From assembly GCA_963809605.1 (NCBI GenBank), contig CAWEKM010000007.1, positions 143,688-207,687 of the forward strand: 64,000 bases of DNA, in the 5' to 3' direction. Both the position numbers and the translations under genes were made by a program. Below the pieces are notes generated by a model. It saw only the letters and a list, made by a program, of their open reading frames with translations, was not told where the DNA came from and did no database searches. The DNA is from an uncultured Acidobacteriaceae bacterium (GTDB taxonomy: Bacteria > Acidobacteriota > Terriglobia > Terriglobales > Acidobacteriaceae). The stretch's first letter is position 1. The number at the start of each line of letters is the position of its first letter. Positions 1 through 10,416 of the stretch are shown here, piece after piece.

Positions 1-1
1 G

Positions 2-328
2 CTCTTATTAGCCCACCGGCTTTTAGGAACTGCGATTCCGGCGGCGTTCGAGAGCGCGGTGCTTGGAGATCAGGCTGCGCGGGGCTTAGTTGACGAGATT
101 GCGGCGGCTCTGGCTGCTGGAGTTTCCTTCGACACGGAGCGGATATCTTATTTCCGGCTGATGATGCGGCTTCGCGAACGGCGGGCGGATCGATTGCGAT
201 TTCTTACGCGCCTAGCGTTTACACCTGGACCCGGGGAGTGGGAGGCTATTCGATTGCCCGGGGCGCTGCTTCCGCTTTATCGGGTGGTGCGGCTGGTGAG
301 ACTCGCGGGGAAATTCGCGCGGCGGTAG
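2..328 (+). CDS. hypothetical protein, C-terminal fragment (gene starts upstream of window)
   Basis: Frame is open from base 2 to TAG 326-328 (track ORF 59..328 is its tail). Arg/Leu-rich C-terminus, no diagnostic motif recognised. Confidence 0.35.
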   Translation, partial: LLLAHRLLGTAIPAAFESAVLGDQAARGLVDEIAAALAAGVSFDTERISYFRLMMRLRERRADRLRFLTRLAFTPGPGEWEAIRLPGALLPLYRVVRLVRLAGKFARR

Positions 329-436
329 GGAAGCGAGCCAAACGCGCGATTATTGGCTCGCGAAGAACGCGACCCTTCGCGCGGCTCGCCGGGTCCTTCG
401 TTCGCGCAAAGAACGCGCTCTCTCAGGATGACAATC
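329..436 (+). repeat. REP-A family copy, long form
   Basis: Shares both ends with 32041-32161 (GGAAGCGARCCAAACGCGCGATTATT ... GCGCAAAGRACGC ... TCAGGATGACAATC). Fills the gap between two convergent stop codons. Confidence 0.8.
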
Positions 437-442
437 AAGCTC

Positions 443-1210
443 CTAGCGGCTGGCCAGGCCGCCGGCGGTTTCGCCGCCGTCTATGGTGTAGACGTGGCCG
501 GTTGCGTAGGCGGCGTCGTCGGAGGCTAGAAAGGCGAACAGGGCCGCGATCTCTTCTGGCTGCGCATGGCGGCGCAGGGGGATTTTGCGGTTTACTTCCT
601 CGCGCATGGCGTCGGTGTACTCGGCGCGCTGCATCGGCGTGAGGACGTATCCCGGAGCTACGGCGCACACGCGAATTCTGGGCGCTAGTTCGAGTGCCAT
701 CGAGCGGGTCAACTCGATGACTCCAGCTTTGGTGGCGTTGTAGCCGGCGTAGTAGGGATAGCCCAGGATGCCATTGGTCGAGGCAGTTTGCAGAATCACC
801 GCGCTGCCGCGCTCGGCCGAAAAACGTTCCCACATGTGGCGCGCGGCGGTTTGCGCCACGTAGAAGACGCCGGTGAGATTTACGGCAATGACCTGCTCCC
901 ATTCTTCGGGCGTAATTTCGAGAAAGCTGCGGCGGATGCTGATGCCGGCATTGTTAATGAGAACATCCACGCCCGCCATCACGCGGACGGCTTCGGCGAA
1001 TGCGGCTTCTACCTGCATCAGGTCAGTAACGTCGGCGATGATGGCTGCGGAAATCGCCGGCAGCTGATGACGCAGCGCGGCGCAGGCGGCGGAATCGCGG
1101 TCGAGGATGCAGACTTGCGAACCTTCTTCGAGAAAACGCGCGGCAGTGGCGGCGCCGATTCCGCTGGCGCCTCCGGTGATCAGAACGCGTTTGTCTTTCA
1201 AGCCTCGCAT
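443..1210 (-). CDS. SDR family NAD(P)-dependent oxidoreductase
   Basis: 255 aa. TGGASGIG Rossmann motif, NNAG, catalytic YNATK (YxxxK). Confidence 0.9.
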   Translation of the reverse strand: MRGLKDKRVLITGGASGIGAATAARFLEEGSQVCILDRDSAACAALRHQLPAISAAIIADVTDLMQVEAAFAEAVRVMAGVDVLINNAGISIRRSFLEITPEEWEQVIAVNLTGVFYVAQTAARHMWERFSAERGSAVILQTASTNGILGYPYYAGYNATKAGVIELTRSMALELAPRIRVCAVAPGYVLTPMQRAEYTDAMREEVNRKIPLRRHAQPEEIAALFAFLASDDAAYATGHVYTIDGGETAGGLASR

Positions 1211-1309
1211 GTGCCGTCCCTTTGGGACTTGCTATATCTTCGGACTTCGACCCAGCACTCACGCGCTGAGCTAACGAATGCCGTCACTTCGCGACTGGAG
1301 CTGGGAGAC

Positions 1310-2548
1310 TTAAATCGGTTTGCCGCGGAAGAAGTAGACGAGTTCGATGATCAAAATGATCACCACCATTAGTTCGAGGACGAAGGCGCGGCTTTGGTTG
1401 AATTCGTCGACCATGAAGCGGTAGAGCTCTTCGGCGGTCTGCAGCTTCTGCTGGACCAGGTCTTTGTAATCAGGCACGCCGACTTTTAACGCCGCGAGCT
1501 TGTAGAGACGCGCGGAAAACATGTCGCTTAAGAACTTGATGGCGTTGTCGGCGCGCTCGGTCAATTCGCTCACGTCGAGCAGGACGGTGTGCAGTTTCGA
1601 CGCGGCCTTGGCAGTGCGCCAGCGCGACCAGAGCCTGCGGCCTCCGCGGTCGAGGAAGGCATAGACCTGTTCCAGCTGTTTGGTGAGCAGTTCGTCGTAA
1701 TGGCGGAACTCGAGCAGCTGCGAGTTGGCATACTGTAGAAGCTGGATGGCAGTCTCCGCGCCGGCGGCACTGTCATAAATGAAAGCGGCATTCCAGCCAA
1801 TCACGGCCAGATCGTTGGGATAGTAGGAAATGCGCGATTGCAGGATTTCCTGGCGTTCGCCGTCGGAGAGCGGCTGGCTCTCGCCGCGCACAACCTGAGC
1901 GATGCGGGCGCCTTCAGAAGCCAGGATATCCGTTGCAGAGGGTGAGCCGGCAATCTCGCGCAGGTGGAAGATGAAGTAGTCCTCCTGCAGCCACTCGGTG
2001 GTGTAGGGCTTGACCAGCGCCGGCGCGGCGCGCTCAAGCTTCTGCTTGACGATGCGGGTGGCGAGGCTCTCGAAGTTGGTGTCCCAAACCCAGCGGCTGG
2101 AGAGCTGAACGAGTTTGTCCCAGTCTCCAGAAAACGGTACCTCGAAGACCACGCTGACCACGCCGTAATCGAAATACTTGATGTCGCCCTGCAGGCGTTC
2201 GCCGCTTTCAAGAATCAGCGGTTCGAGGACCTCTTCGACCGGGGGACGCTGGTAACGGACGTAGCCGGGAGCGAGATGCTTGAAGCTGGCATCGGCCGTG
2301 CGGGCACCCAGGATTTGGCGAAGCTGATCGAGGCGAATCTCTTCGCAAACGTCGAACTGGATCAGCACCAGCACGGAGCCGGACAGAGGTGCGTCCGCCG
2401 GCTTGGTGGCTACCAGAGTGGGCAAAGCCTCGGGGGGAACCTTGCCTATGGCCGGGGCGGTGATGGTGGTTTCACGGTCCATGACGTTGCTGCCCTGAAG
2501 TTCGCTGGCCAAAACCGCGGGCTCCATTACCTCTACTTCGGGTTCCAT
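1310..2548 (-). CDS. RMD1/YagE-like (DUF155-type) membrane-anchored protein
   Basis: 412 aa. Soluble body, helical segment and a single C-terminal TM helix (LELMVVIILIIELVYFF), the layout I associate with DUF155. Start codon uncertain. Confidence 0.45.
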   Translation of the reverse strand: MEPEVEVMEPAVLASELQGSNVMDRETTITAPAIGKVPPEALPTLVATKPADAPLSGSVLVLIQFDVCEEIRLDQLRQILGARTADASFKHLAPGYVRYQRPPVEEVLEPLILESGERLQGDIKYFDYGVVSVVFEVPFSGDWDKLVQLSSRWVWDTNFESLATRIVKQKLERAAPALVKPYTTEWLQEDYFIFHLREIAGSPSATDILASEGARIAQVVRGESQPLSDGERQEILQSRISYYPNDLAVIGWNAAFIYDSAAGAETAIQLLQYANSQLLEFRHYDELLTKQLEQVYAFLDRGGRRLWSRWRTAKAASKLHTVLLDVSELTERADNAIKFLSDMFSARLYKLAALKVGVPDYKDLVQQKLQTAEELYRFMVDEFNQSRAFVLELMVVIILIIELVYFFRGKPI

Positions 2549-2712
2549 GACTTCCTGACTGAGATCGGACTTAAGAATCGGCTCGCCGTGGTGTTTTGTC
2601 TAGGGCTCCTTCTGGAGGGGCGGGCGAACGTCCTATTGTCCCAGAACTCAGGCGATCTGGCGAGGGGTGAGGGTTAGCATCGAGCTATAAAACATGGCTA
2701 AGCGCCATAGAA

Positions 2713-5700
2713 TCAGCGCCTTCTGGACAAGCCCCATAATAGAACACCGCCTGCTGCTGCGGCGGCTAAACCGAGACCGGCGTGCTTCATAGACTGGAAA
2801 ACCGCAACTTCGTGTTGGCGCGTGCGTGCGGACTCGGGGTAGGGATGGGATTTGGGCGCGTGGGCTTCGCTGGACTGGCTCAGCGCCATTTGCAGGACTT
2901 CGGCCAGGTGCATGGCGCGCCGCGGCGTTCCCTGGGCGATCTGCTCGCGGCAACTGAAGCCGTCGGCGATGATCAGCCAGTCGGCCGGCGTCCGGCGAAC
3001 CGCGGGCAGGAGTTCGAGTTCGCCGATGGCCATGGAGAGGTCGTACTTGTCGGGCTCAAAGCCGAAAGAGCCAGCCATGCCACAGCAGCCCGGGGCCGGG
3101 CTCTGGAAGTCGATGCCCAGGCGGTGCAGGACCGACTCTTCAGCCGTCATCTTCATCAAGGATTTCTGGTGGCAATGACCGTGGACCAGCGCTTTACGGT
3201 CGAGACGGGGCAAAGAAAGATCCTTGGCGTGGGTTTCGAGTAATTCGCTGAGCAGGAAAGTCTGGCGGGACAAGGCTTGGGCGCGTTCATCGTGGGGAAA
3301 CAGATTCAGGAGTTCGTCGCGGAACACGGCTACGCAACTCGGTTCCAAGCCGACGATTGGGATTCCCGCTTCGATCTCCGGGGAAAGCTCGTCCAGAATC
3401 TGGAGCAGGAGCGCTTGGGCGCGGTCGAGCATGCCGTGGTCGTAGAGCGGTCGTCCGCAACAGAGGTTGGCTTTGGGGACGACGACTCGGAAGCCGACGG
3501 CCTCGAGCACTTCGACGGCAGCTTTGGCGGTGCCCGGGTGGAAATAGTTGTTGAATGTGTCGGACCAGAGGAGAACGGGCAGGGCTCCGGTGTCGCGAGA
3601 TGAAGACCGTCGGCGCTCAAACCAACGTTTGAAGGTTTCCGGGGCGAACGCGGGGATGGCGCGCTCTTTGGGAATCCCGGCGACTAGCTTTGAGATATCG
3701 CGCAGGAACGGGAGTTGCGTGGCCAGATTGGCCAAGCCGGGGGCGTTCGATGCCAGGCGCGCCCAAAGATCGATGTTGCCGAACGCATAGGCGCTGCGTG
3801 GGCGGACACGTCCTTCGTAGTAATGGGAAAGGAACTCGGCTTTGTAGGTGGCGACGTCGACGCCTACCGGACATTCGGTTTTGCATCCCTTGCAAGCCAG
3901 GCAGAGATCGAGCGACTGTTTCACTTCTTCGCTGCGCCAGCCGTCGCGGATGATCCCATCCTCTCGACCTTGTCCCTGCGTCATCTCCCAGAGCAGGTGG
4001 GCGCGGCCGCGGGTAGAGTGTTCCTCTTCCCGCGTGGCGCGGTAGCTGGGGCACATCACTCCGCCTTCGTCGTGGCGGCACTTGCCGACGCCGACGCAGC
4101 GCAGAGTGGCCTGGGCGAGGCTGCCGCGGTCGGCGAGAAATTTGAAGTTGGTTTTCGGTTCCCATGGAGCATAGTCCGCGCCGAGGCGGAGGTTTTCGTC
4201 GAGCTTGTAAGGATCGATCAGCTTGCCGGGATTCATCTTCCATTCGGGATCCCAAACCGATTTGAATTCGCGGAAAGCCTGGACGAGTTCAGGGCCGAAC
4301 ATTTTCGGCAGCAACTCGCCGCGGGCCTGACCATCGCCGTGTTCCCCGGAGATGGAGCCGCCGTAGCCGACCACGAGATCGGCCGCCTCTTCCATGAACT
4401 TGCGGAACATCGCGATGCCATCTTTCGATTGCAGGTCGAAATTAATGCGCGTATGAACACAGCCGTGGCCGAAGTGGCCGTAGAGCGAGCCTTTGTAGCC
4501 GTAGGCGGCAAACATCTTGCGCAGATCGCGAAGATAGCCTCCGAGGTTTTCGGGCGCGACCGCGGCGTCTTCCCAGCCTTCCCAACTCATGGCTTCGCCG
4601 GCCACGTGCGAAGTCGCTCCCAGCGCCGATTCGCGAACTTCCCACACTCGTTTGACTTGCTCTTTCTTAGTGTAGAGGCGCAGGTCCGGCGGATGAGAGC
4701 TTTGAGAAAGAGCCTGCATCAGGCCGCGGGCTTGGGACTCGGCTTCGCGCGCGGTCTCGGCGCCGAACTCAACCATCAGCCATCCGCCGCCTTCGGGCAG
4801 GAGCGCGAGGCCTTCGGAGTTGATCCCTTTCATCCGCGTATAGCTGACGAGAAGATCGTCGAAGCCTTCGAGGCCGATAGGCCTGTGCGCCATGATCTCT
4901 GGAACGTGATCGGCACACTGATAAATGTCGGGATAGGCAACCACCAGCAGCACACGCTCCGGCGGACTCTCGACCAGACGGCACGTCGCTTCGAGAACCG
5001 TGACGCATGTCCCTTCGGAGCCGACAAGGGCGCGAGCGACGTGGAAACCGTTCTCGGGCAGAAGGAAATTCAGGTTGTAGCCGGAGACGCGGCGGGGAAT
5101 TTTGGGAAAGCGCTGGCGGACGAGATCGCCGTAGGTCGCGGCGATGCCCCGCAGTCTGCAATAGATTTCGCCACGGTTGCCGCCAGCTTCGCAGACGCGC
5201 TCAAGTTCTGAGCTGGAAGTGGCACCGACCTTCATGCGGAGGCCGTCGTAGGTGAGGATTTCGAGAGCCTCGACGTTGTCGTCGGTCTTGCCGGCCATCA
5301 CGGAATGCACGCCGCAGGAGTTGTTGCCGATCATGCCGCCGAGAGTGCAGCGGCCGTGAGTGGCGGGATCAGGCCCGAAGGTGAGGTGATGTTTTTCGGC
5401 GGCGGCGCGCAGACGATCGAGCACGACTCCGGGCTGCACGCGGGCGATGCGGCGGACAGGATCGATTTCAAGGATCCTCGACATGTATTTGGAAAAATCA
5501 AGGATGACGGCGACGTTGCAACATTGTCCGGCGAGAGACGTGCCGGCGCCGCGGCAGAGCAGTGGCGCCCTAAACTCGCGGCAGAGTGCGACGGTGGCTA
5601 GAACATCGTCGGTGTTGCGCGGGAGCACGACGCCGATTGGAACCTGGCGGTAGTTGGAGCCGTCGGTGGCATACAGAGCCCGAGTGCCGCGGTCAAAGCG

Positions 5701-5799
5701 GACTTCGCCATGAATCGTTCTGCGCAACGCCTCGGCTAGACCCGCAGCATCAACGGACGCGGACCTGGCGGGCGCGAGTTTTACGAATTGGTCTGGCAT
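2713..5799 (-). CDS. FAD-binding and (Fe-S)-binding oxidoreductase, YdiJ-like (GlcD-type flavodomain fused to 4Fe-4S and CCG domains)
   Basis: 1028 aa. RGAGTSLAGQ FAD-binding region, CLACKGCKTECP cluster motif, two CCG motifs (NLCCGRP, CCGMAGSFG), extra C-terminal hydrophobic helix. Confidence 0.85.
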   Translation of the reverse strand: MPDQFVKLAPARSASVDAAGLAEALRRTIHGEVRFDRGTRALYATDGSNYRQVPIGVVLPRNTDDVLATVALCREFRAPLLCRGAGTSLAGQCCNVAVILDFSKYMSRILEIDPVRRIARVQPGVVLDRLRAAAEKHHLTFGPDPATHGRCTLGGMIGNNSCGVHSVMAGKTDDNVEALEILTYDGLRMKVGATSSSELERVCEAGGNRGEIYCRLRGIAATYGDLVRQRFPKIPRRVSGYNLNFLLPENGFHVARALVGSEGTCVTVLEATCRLVESPPERVLLVVAYPDIYQCADHVPEIMAHRPIGLEGFDDLLVSYTRMKGINSEGLALLPEGGGWLMVEFGAETAREAESQARGLMQALSQSSHPPDLRLYTKKEQVKRVWEVRESALGATSHVAGEAMSWEGWEDAAVAPENLGGYLRDLRKMFAAYGYKGSLYGHFGHGCVHTRINFDLQSKDGIAMFRKFMEEAADLVVGYGGSISGEHGDGQARGELLPKMFGPELVQAFREFKSVWDPEWKMNPGKLIDPYKLDENLRLGADYAPWEPKTNFKFLADRGSLAQATLRCVGVGKCRHDEGGVMCPSYRATREEEHSTRGRAHLLWEMTQGQGREDGIIRDGWRSEEVKQSLDLCLACKGCKTECPVGVDVATYKAEFLSHYYEGRVRPRSAYAFGNIDLWARLASNAPGLANLATQLPFLRDISKLVAGIPKERAIPAFAPETFKRWFERRRSSSRDTGALPVLLWSDTFNNYFHPGTAKAAVEVLEAVGFRVVVPKANLCCGRPLYDHGMLDRAQALLLQILDELSPEIEAGIPIVGLEPSCVAVFRDELLNLFPHDERAQALSRQTFLLSELLETHAKDLSLPRLDRKALVHGHCHQKSLMKMTAEESVLHRLGIDFQSPAPGCCGMAGSFGFEPDKYDLSMAIGELELLPAVRRTPADWLIIADGFSCREQIAQGTPRRAMHLAEVLQMALSQSSEAHAPKSHPYPESARTRQHEVAVFQSMKHAGLGLAAAAAGGVLLWGLSRRR

Positions 5800-5870
5800 G
5801 GGCGGCGGCGAGTTTCTGGCCAGTCGCGCGAGTATATCGCAGCCGCCGGGACGGCGGCGCTACTGAGAAA

Positions 5871-6167
5871 CTAACTCCACAGCCGGGTAGCGTAGTCGGT
5901 CATGGTGAGTCCCAACAAAAGGAGCAGGAAGAACAATGCTGCGATCACGACCAGCTTGGTCAGCTTCTCACTGGCGTGCCAGACGTGCATGAAGAAGAGC
6001 GCCACCAGCGTGGCTTTGATGGTGGCGATGCCGAGGGCGACTGCGGCGTTATAGGGCGCCAGATCCAGGGTCGCGGCGTAAACCGTGAGACCGGTGCCGG
6101 CCAGCAGCGCGATCCAGACCGCGATGTAACCTTTCAAGGGCGATTTTGCTGACGCGTGTTCAGACAT
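5871..6167 (-). CDS. cytochrome c oxidase subunit IV (small prokaryotic type)
   Basis: 98 aa, three hydrophobic helices, directly downstream of subunit III. Confidence 0.75.
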   Translation of the reverse strand: MSEHASAKSPLKGYIAVWIALLAGTGLTVYAATLDLAPYNAAVALGIATIKATLVALFFMHVWHASEKLTKLVVIAALFFLLLLLGLTMTDYATRLWS

Positions 6168-6174
6168 GCAAGCC

Positions 6175-6885
6175 TCACGGATGCCGGTCGATCAAGTAAA
6201 GCAACGGGAACAAATAAATCCAGATGATGTCGACGAAGTGCCAGTAGAGGCCGCCGATCTCAACTGGAGTATGCCACTCGGGAGTGAAGCGTCCCTTCCA
6301 GGCCATGGTCAAAAGCCAGGAAAAGATCCCCAGGCCGATGATCATGTGCAGCGCGTGCAGGCCCGTCATCACGAAGTAGAGAGAGAAGAACAGCTGCGCG
6401 TGATGCGGATCGGCGTATTGCCCGGGATGCCCGGGGATCGGCTGGTGATCGAAACTGAAAGAAGCGCCGGGAACGTGATGCTCCTCAAATTTTTCTGCGT
6501 ATTCGATGCCTTTGATGCCGAGGAAGAAAACGCCGAGCAGCATGGTGATGATGAGACTGCCGATCAGCAGCGTGCGACGCGCAGTCTGCGCGGCCCACAC
6601 GGCTAGCACCACAGTCAAACTGCTGCAGATTAGCACCGCGGTATTAGTTGCGCCGTAGCCCATGCTGATAGTTTTGCTGGCGGCGGCGAAGTCTCCAAAG
6701 TACAAACGGCGATAGACGAGATAAGCGCAGAACAAGCCGCCGAAGAACATGACTTCAGTCGCGAGGAAGACCCACATGCCCAGGCTGGCAGCATCCCGCT
6801 GCTGCTGCGGCTCGGCGAAGCGGTGCAGGAGCGCGGGGTTGTGCTGCTCTTCGTTATGGAGGCCGACGGCGGTGCTATCGGGCAA
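6175..6885 (-). CDS. ctaE: cytochrome c oxidase subunit III
   Basis: 236 aa polytopic. [16 protein letters not shown]-terminal signature. TTG start. 11-nt overlap with the subunit I stop. Confidence 0.9.
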   Translation of the reverse strand: MPDSTAVGLHNEEQHNPALLHRFAEPQQQRDAASLGMWVFLATEVMFFGGLFCAYLVYRRLYFGDFAAASKTISMGYGATNTAVLICSSLTVVLAVWAAQTARRTLLIGSLIITMLLGVFFLGIKGIEYAEKFEEHHVPGASFSFDHQPIPGHPGQYADPHHAQLFFSLYFVMTGLHALHMIIGLGIFSWLLTMAWKGRFTPEWHTPVEIGGLYWHFVDIIWIYLFPLLYLIDRHP

Positions 6886-8536
6886 CGGGAACCTCCTCGC
6901 TGTGGGGTGCGTCGCCGTGGGGGGCGTCGAGTTCGTCGTAGTTGTAGGCTTCCCAGGTCACGACGGGCTCTTCGTCGAAGTTGAAGGTCGGCGGCGGGGA
7001 CGGTGTTTTCCACTCGAGTCCGGCGGCGTTCCACGGATTGTCTGGCGCCGGCTTGCCGTAGCGCATCGACCACAGGAAATAAAGCATAGGCAGCAAATAC
7101 CCCACGCCGAGCACCGTGGCGCCAGCCGTCGACAACACGTTCAGGATCTGGAATTCGGGCATGTGACTGTAATCGTAATAGCGCCGCGGCATGCCCATGT
7201 AGCCCAGCAAAAACTGCGGGAAGAATGTGAGATTGAAGCCGATGAAAACGATCAGCGCGGCCAAGCGCGCCCAGCCCTCGGGATACAGCTTGCCGGAAAT
7301 CTTCGGCCACCAGAAATGCATCCCTCCCAGATAGCCCATGACCGCGCCTCCGACCATGATGTAGTGGAAGTGCGCTACCACGAAGTAGGTATCGGTGACG
7401 TGGACATCGATGCCGAGAGCCGCAAGGAACAAGCCGGTGAGGCCGCCGATGGTAAAGAGTCCGAGGAAGCCGAACGCATACAGCATTGGCGCGTCATAGT
7501 GGATGGAACCCTTGTAAAGCGTGGCCGTCCAGTTGAAAACTTTGATCGCCGATGGAACCGCGACCGCGTAGCTCAGCAGAGAAAATACCAGCGCGGCGTA
7601 CACCGACATCCCGGCCACAAACATGTGGTGCGCCCAGACCAGGAATCCGAAGACGGCGATCGCAATCGAGGAAAAAGCGACGAAACTATAGCCGAAGATG
7701 CGCTTGCGCGCGAAGCAGGCAATAATTTCGGTGACAACGCCCATCGCCGGCAGAATCATGATGTAGACGGCGGGATGCGAATAGAACCAGAACAGATGCT
7801 GAAACAAGAGCGGATCGCCGCCGAGTTTGGGATCGAAGATGCCGAGATGCAGGACGCGTTCGGCCGCGACCATCACAATGGTGACGGCAAGAACCGGCGT
7901 GCCTAGTAACTGAATGATGCTGGTGGCGTAATGCGCCCAGATAAACAGCGGCAGGCGCGACCACGTCATGCCGGGCGCGCGCATGCGATGAATTGTGATT
8001 ACGAAGTTCAGTCCGGTAAGGATGGAAGAGAATCCGGCGACGAAGATTGCCAGCGCAGCTTCAATAAAGTTTGAGTTGGTGAAGTTGGTGGCGAAGGGAG
8101 CATAGAAGGTCCATCCCGTGTCGACGCCGCCGGTCAGGATGCAGTGCAACATCATCACGCCACCGATGATGTAGAGATACCAGCTGAGCAGGTTGACGCG
8201 AGGGAAGGCCAGGTCCTTGGCGCCGATCATCAGCGGAACGAGGAAATTTCCGAGTACGGCGGGAATAGATGGAATCAGGAAAAAGAAAATCATCACCATG
8301 CCATGCATGGTGAAGAGCTTGTTGTAAGTATCGGCCTGAACGAGATCGCCCGCAGGAGTGAGCAATTCGAGGCGGATGAGCAGGGCGAAGAAGCCTCCGA
8401 TAAAAAAGAAGAACGTAATCGAGATGAGATAGAGAAGCGCGATGCGTTTGTGGTCAGTAGTGAGCAGCCAGGACCAAACGCCGTAGTGCTTGTTCAGGTA
8501 ATTCTCGCGCTCGGGTTGAGGCATTGGAGTTTGCAT
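6875..8536 (-). CDS. ctaD: cytochrome c oxidase subunit I
   Basis: Heme-copper oxidase motifs [14 protein letters not shown] and WAHHMF. ATG at 8536 (1 nt after the subunit II stop) preferred over the GTG at 8620, which would overlap subunit II. Confidence 0.95.
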   Translation of the reverse strand: MQTPMPQPERENYLNKHYGVWSWLLTTDHKRIALLYLISITFFFFIGGFFALLIRLELLTPAGDLVQADTYNKLFTMHGMVMIFFFLIPSIPAVLGNFLVPLMIGAKDLAFPRVNLLSWYLYIIGGVMMLHCILTGGVDTGWTFYAPFATNFTNSNFIEAALAIFVAGFSSILTGLNFVITIHRMRAPGMTWSRLPLFIWAHYATSIIQLLGTPVLAVTIVMVAAERVLHLGIFDPKLGGDPLLFQHLFWFYSHPAVYIMILPAMGVVTEIIACFARKRIFGYSFVAFSSIAIAVFGFLVWAHHMFVAGMSVYAALVFSLLSYAVAVPSAIKVFNWTATLYKGSIHYDAPMLYAFGFLGLFTIGGLTGLFLAALGIDVHVTDTYFVVAHFHYIMVGGAVMGYLGGMHFWWPKISGKLYPEGWARLAALIVFIGFNLTFFPQFLLGYMGMPRRYYDYSHMPEFQILNVLSTAGATVLGVGYLLPMLYFLWSMRYGKPAPDNPWNAAGLEWKTPSPPPTFNFDEEPVVTWEAYNYDELDAPHGDAPHSEEVPVAR

Positions 8537-8537
8537 C

Positions 8538-9548
8538 TTATTGCACCTGACTTCCATTCGATTGCGCGTTTTTCTGATTCGACGGCACGGCCGCGCTGGC
8601 GCTGGTCTTCGCCGCCTCACCCTTGGTTGCCGAGATCGACTTGATGTAGGCGACCAGGGCGTTTACCTGTTCTTCGCTGACCAGCCCTTGAAACGTAGGC
8701 ATGATGGGTTGGAATCCCTTCACCCGCCTGGCGCCAGGATCGAGGATGCATTCTCGAACATAATTTTCGTCGGCGGTCACGGTGCGTCCGTCTTCGAGCT
8801 GAACCGGCTTGCCAAAAACTCCCTGCAGGTTAGGGCCACGCCCCTGCGTGTCCGTGCGATGACAGGTGGAGCAGCCGAGTTCGGCGAAAATTTTCTCGCC
8901 TGTCGCCGAGAGCGGGCCGGTCGAGCCGCCATTCATCCACGCTTCGTACTGCGCCGGCTGCATGACCACAATGTCGCCGACCATGCCGGAATGCTGGGTG
9001 CCGCAGTACTCCGCGCAGAACAGGTGATACGTGCCCGGCTTGGTGGCGCGGAACCATTCCACTGTGTAGCGGCCTGGCAAAACGTCCTGCTTGATCCGGA
9101 AAGCCGGTATATAGAAGCTGTGAATCACATCCTGCGAAGTCATGATCAGTTTTACGTCGCGACCGACAGGGACGTGCAGTTCGTTGATCTCACGCTGGCC
9201 TTCGGCGTGTTCGACTTTCCACATCCACTGCTTTGCCACAACATAAACTTCTGTCGCATCGTCGGGCGGCGTGCGTTCTTTGAAATACACCACCGCACCC
9301 CAGGCGAAGATCACCATGAAGACGAGGAATGGAATCGTGCTCCACGTGATTTCGAGCGGAGTGGAACCCTCGATGTGCTCGGCGGGAACGCCGGGCCGGT
9401 GGCGAAAGCGGGCGGCGAAGTAGACCAGGCAGATGAAAATGAGCAAGGCCATCATCCCGCAAACGATGAGCAGGAAAATGTAGAGCGCATCCACATGTCC
9501 CGCAATGGTGGAAGCCTGCTCCGGCCATAATGGAAAATTATTGAGCAT
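8538..9548 (-). CDS. ctaC: cytochrome c oxidase subunit II with fused C-terminal cytochrome c domain (caa3 type)
   Basis: Two N-terminal TM helices, CuA site [13 protein letters not shown]-terminal CSTCH heme-c motif. Confidence 0.95.
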   Translation of the reverse strand: MLNNFPLWPEQASTIAGHVDALYIFLLIVCGMMALLIFICLVYFAARFRHRPGVPAEHIEGSTPLEITWSTIPFLVFMVIFAWGAVVYFKERTPPDDATEVYVVAKQWMWKVEHAEGQREINELHVPVGRDVKLIMTSQDVIHSFYIPAFRIKQDVLPGRYTVEWFRATKPGTYHLFCAEYCGTQHSGMVGDIVVMQPAQYEAWMNGGSTGPLSATGEKIFAELGCSTCHRTDTQGRGPNLQGVFGKPVQLEDGRTVTADENYVRECILDPGARRVKGFQPIMPTFQGLVSEEQVNALVAYIKSISATKGEAAKTSASAAVPSNQKNAQSNGSQVQ

Positions 9549-10416
9549 ACTTTGTAGTCTTCGCCGCCGTCCTTCTGGTTACGGAGACATCCAGTCGCCA
9601 CAAAATAAAAAAAAGCGTTCCCAGGATGAGAATTGTGGCGCCGGCCGCCAGCCGCAGAATATTAGCCACCATCGCGCCATATTTTCCGGTCTCGGGATTG
9701 TAGTGATAGCAAAAAAGCAGCACCGCATCCACGGCATTCCCGATCTTGTCTTGTGAAGCCTCCACCAGGCCCATGCGCAAATCTTTCGGCGGAAAATCCA
9801 CACCATAGAAGTAGCGCGAAATGCGGCCTTGCGGCGTCAGCACCATGATGGCTGTGGCATGAGCGTACTGATTAGTCTTGGCGTCGTACTGATATTGGAA
9901 GCCGACAGCTTTGGTAAGAGCGTCAATCGAATCCGGCGGGCCAGTCAGAAAATGCCAGCCCGCGGCGGCGTTGGCGCGGCCGTAGCGTCCCACGTAGTCT
10001 TTCTTTTTAGCGGCGGCCATCTCTGGAGTCTCGCGCGGATCGAAGCTCACGGTGACCACGTCAAATTCATTGCCCACGTCGAACTTCACCAGGCGCATGG
10101 CGCTGGCGAGTCCAGCCAGAGCTTCTCCGCACAGCATGGTGCAGTTGTAATAAACCAAATTGAGAATCAGCGGCTTGTGGCCGAAATAGTCTCCCAACTT
10201 TACGGCTGCGCCGGTCTCATCGCGGAAGGTGAGGTCGGGCGGGACCTGCGCGTCGAGGTGTTGCTCGATGCCGACGTTCTCGAGCCGCGGGGGGCGTGTG
10301 TTTGCCGGAGGAGACATTACGCCGTTGTTCATCTGCGCCGAGGCGGACGTCGCCAGCAACGCGAGAGCGAGTACGACTCGGGCGGTGAACATCGAGTTAT
10401 TGTTGAGGCTGCTCAC
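9538..10416 (-). CDS. SCO family copper chaperone / thioredoxin-like protein
   Basis: 292 aa. N-terminal signal/anchor, CTMLC (CxxxC) motif, C-terminal TM helix. Sits between the ACIII and oxidase genes. Confidence 0.8.
   Translation of the reverse strand: MSSLNNNSMFTARVVLALALLATSASAQMNNGVMSPPANTRPPRLENVGIEQHLDAQVPPDLTFRDETGAAVKLGDYFGHKPLILNLVYYNCTMLCGEALAGLASAMRLVKFDVGNEFDVVTVSFDPRETPEMAAAKKKDYVGRYGRANAAAGWHFLTGPPDSIDALTKAVGFQYQYDAKTNQYAHATAIMVLTPQGRISRYFYGVDFPPKDLRMGLVEASQDKIGNAVDAVLLFCYHYNPETGKYGAMVANILRLAAGATILILGTLFFILWRLDVSVTRRTAAKTTKYAQ

Noticed and set aside
3715-5211. 498-aa plus-strand ORF opposite the YdiJ-like gene. Similar long antisense ORFs occur at 14710-16209, 19411-20526, 20573-21586, 26248-27024, 31002-31967, 36521-37471, 39839-40603, 49848-50435 and 56919-58211.
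   Set aside because: Each lies antisense to a gene with strong family motifs. Their translations are Arg/Ala/Gly-rich with no motifs. These are typical shadow ORFs of high-GC DNA.
5842-5858. Hairpin GCCGCCG-GGA-CGGCGGC downstream of oxidase subunit IV as a terminator.
   Set aside because: No U-tract follows it on the minus strand. I cannot tell a terminator from a simple GC hairpin without transcript data.
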